The notes below the pieces were generated by a model that saw only the letters and a list, made by a program, of their open reading frames with translations, ran no database searches and was not told where the DNA came from. A stretch of 27,723 bases of DNA from Candidatus Heimdallarchaeota archaeon (GTDB taxonomy: Archaea; Asgardarchaeota; Heimdallarchaeia; Heimdallarchaeales; Heimdallarchaeaceae): assembly GCA_021399345.1 (NCBI GenBank), contig JAAFKI010000198.1, positions 1-27,723 of the forward strand, read 5' to 3'. Shown piece by piece: positions 27,659-27,723 of the stretch (its first letter is position 1; each line of letters opens with the position of its first letter). The position numbers and the translations under genes were made by a program.

Positions 27659-27723
27659 TCTTTGTCACTTTCTTTCCTTTGTTTTTATTTGCGGATAAAA
27701 CTATTAGAAAGTATATATTACAA

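Noticed and set aside
1-27723. tRNA, rRNA or CRISPR arrays
   Set aside because: No GC-rich structured RNA genes or regularly spaced direct repeats were seen by eye. No covariance search was run.

Overview
AT-rich archaeal DNA, most likely from an Asgard archaeon such as Heimdallarchaeia (inferred from TBP, the XPB-Bax1 pair, a membrane-anchored RING protein, paralogous NosD beta-helix proteins and apparently leaderless TATA promoters). The core genes are two NosD/beta-helix surface proteins, a SAM methyltransferase, an isochorismatase/TrxR-like/RlmN-like radical SAM operon, oligopeptidase B, a two-subunit class I fumarate hydratase/tartrate dehydratase, a sirtuin, XPB-Bax1, an MTAP-family phosphorylase, TBP, a Cys/Met PLP enzyme, a TM-RING protein, a decayed M20 peptidase and several unknowns. 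Two insertions stand out. (1) A ~3.1 kb integrase-less cassette encoding one 914-aa protein with a putative PD-(D/E)xK nuclease motif sits inside the fumarase beta gene. It appears to supply a diverged replacement 3' end. The displaced original 41 codons (unannotated, 11859-11984) still abut the alpha gene, and the cassette end may supply a new promoter and an in-frame TTG start for them. (2) A transposase-less TnpB element has imperfect terminal inverted repeats and a TCAT direct repeat. It is inserted between a TATA box and the start codon of the radical SAM operon.
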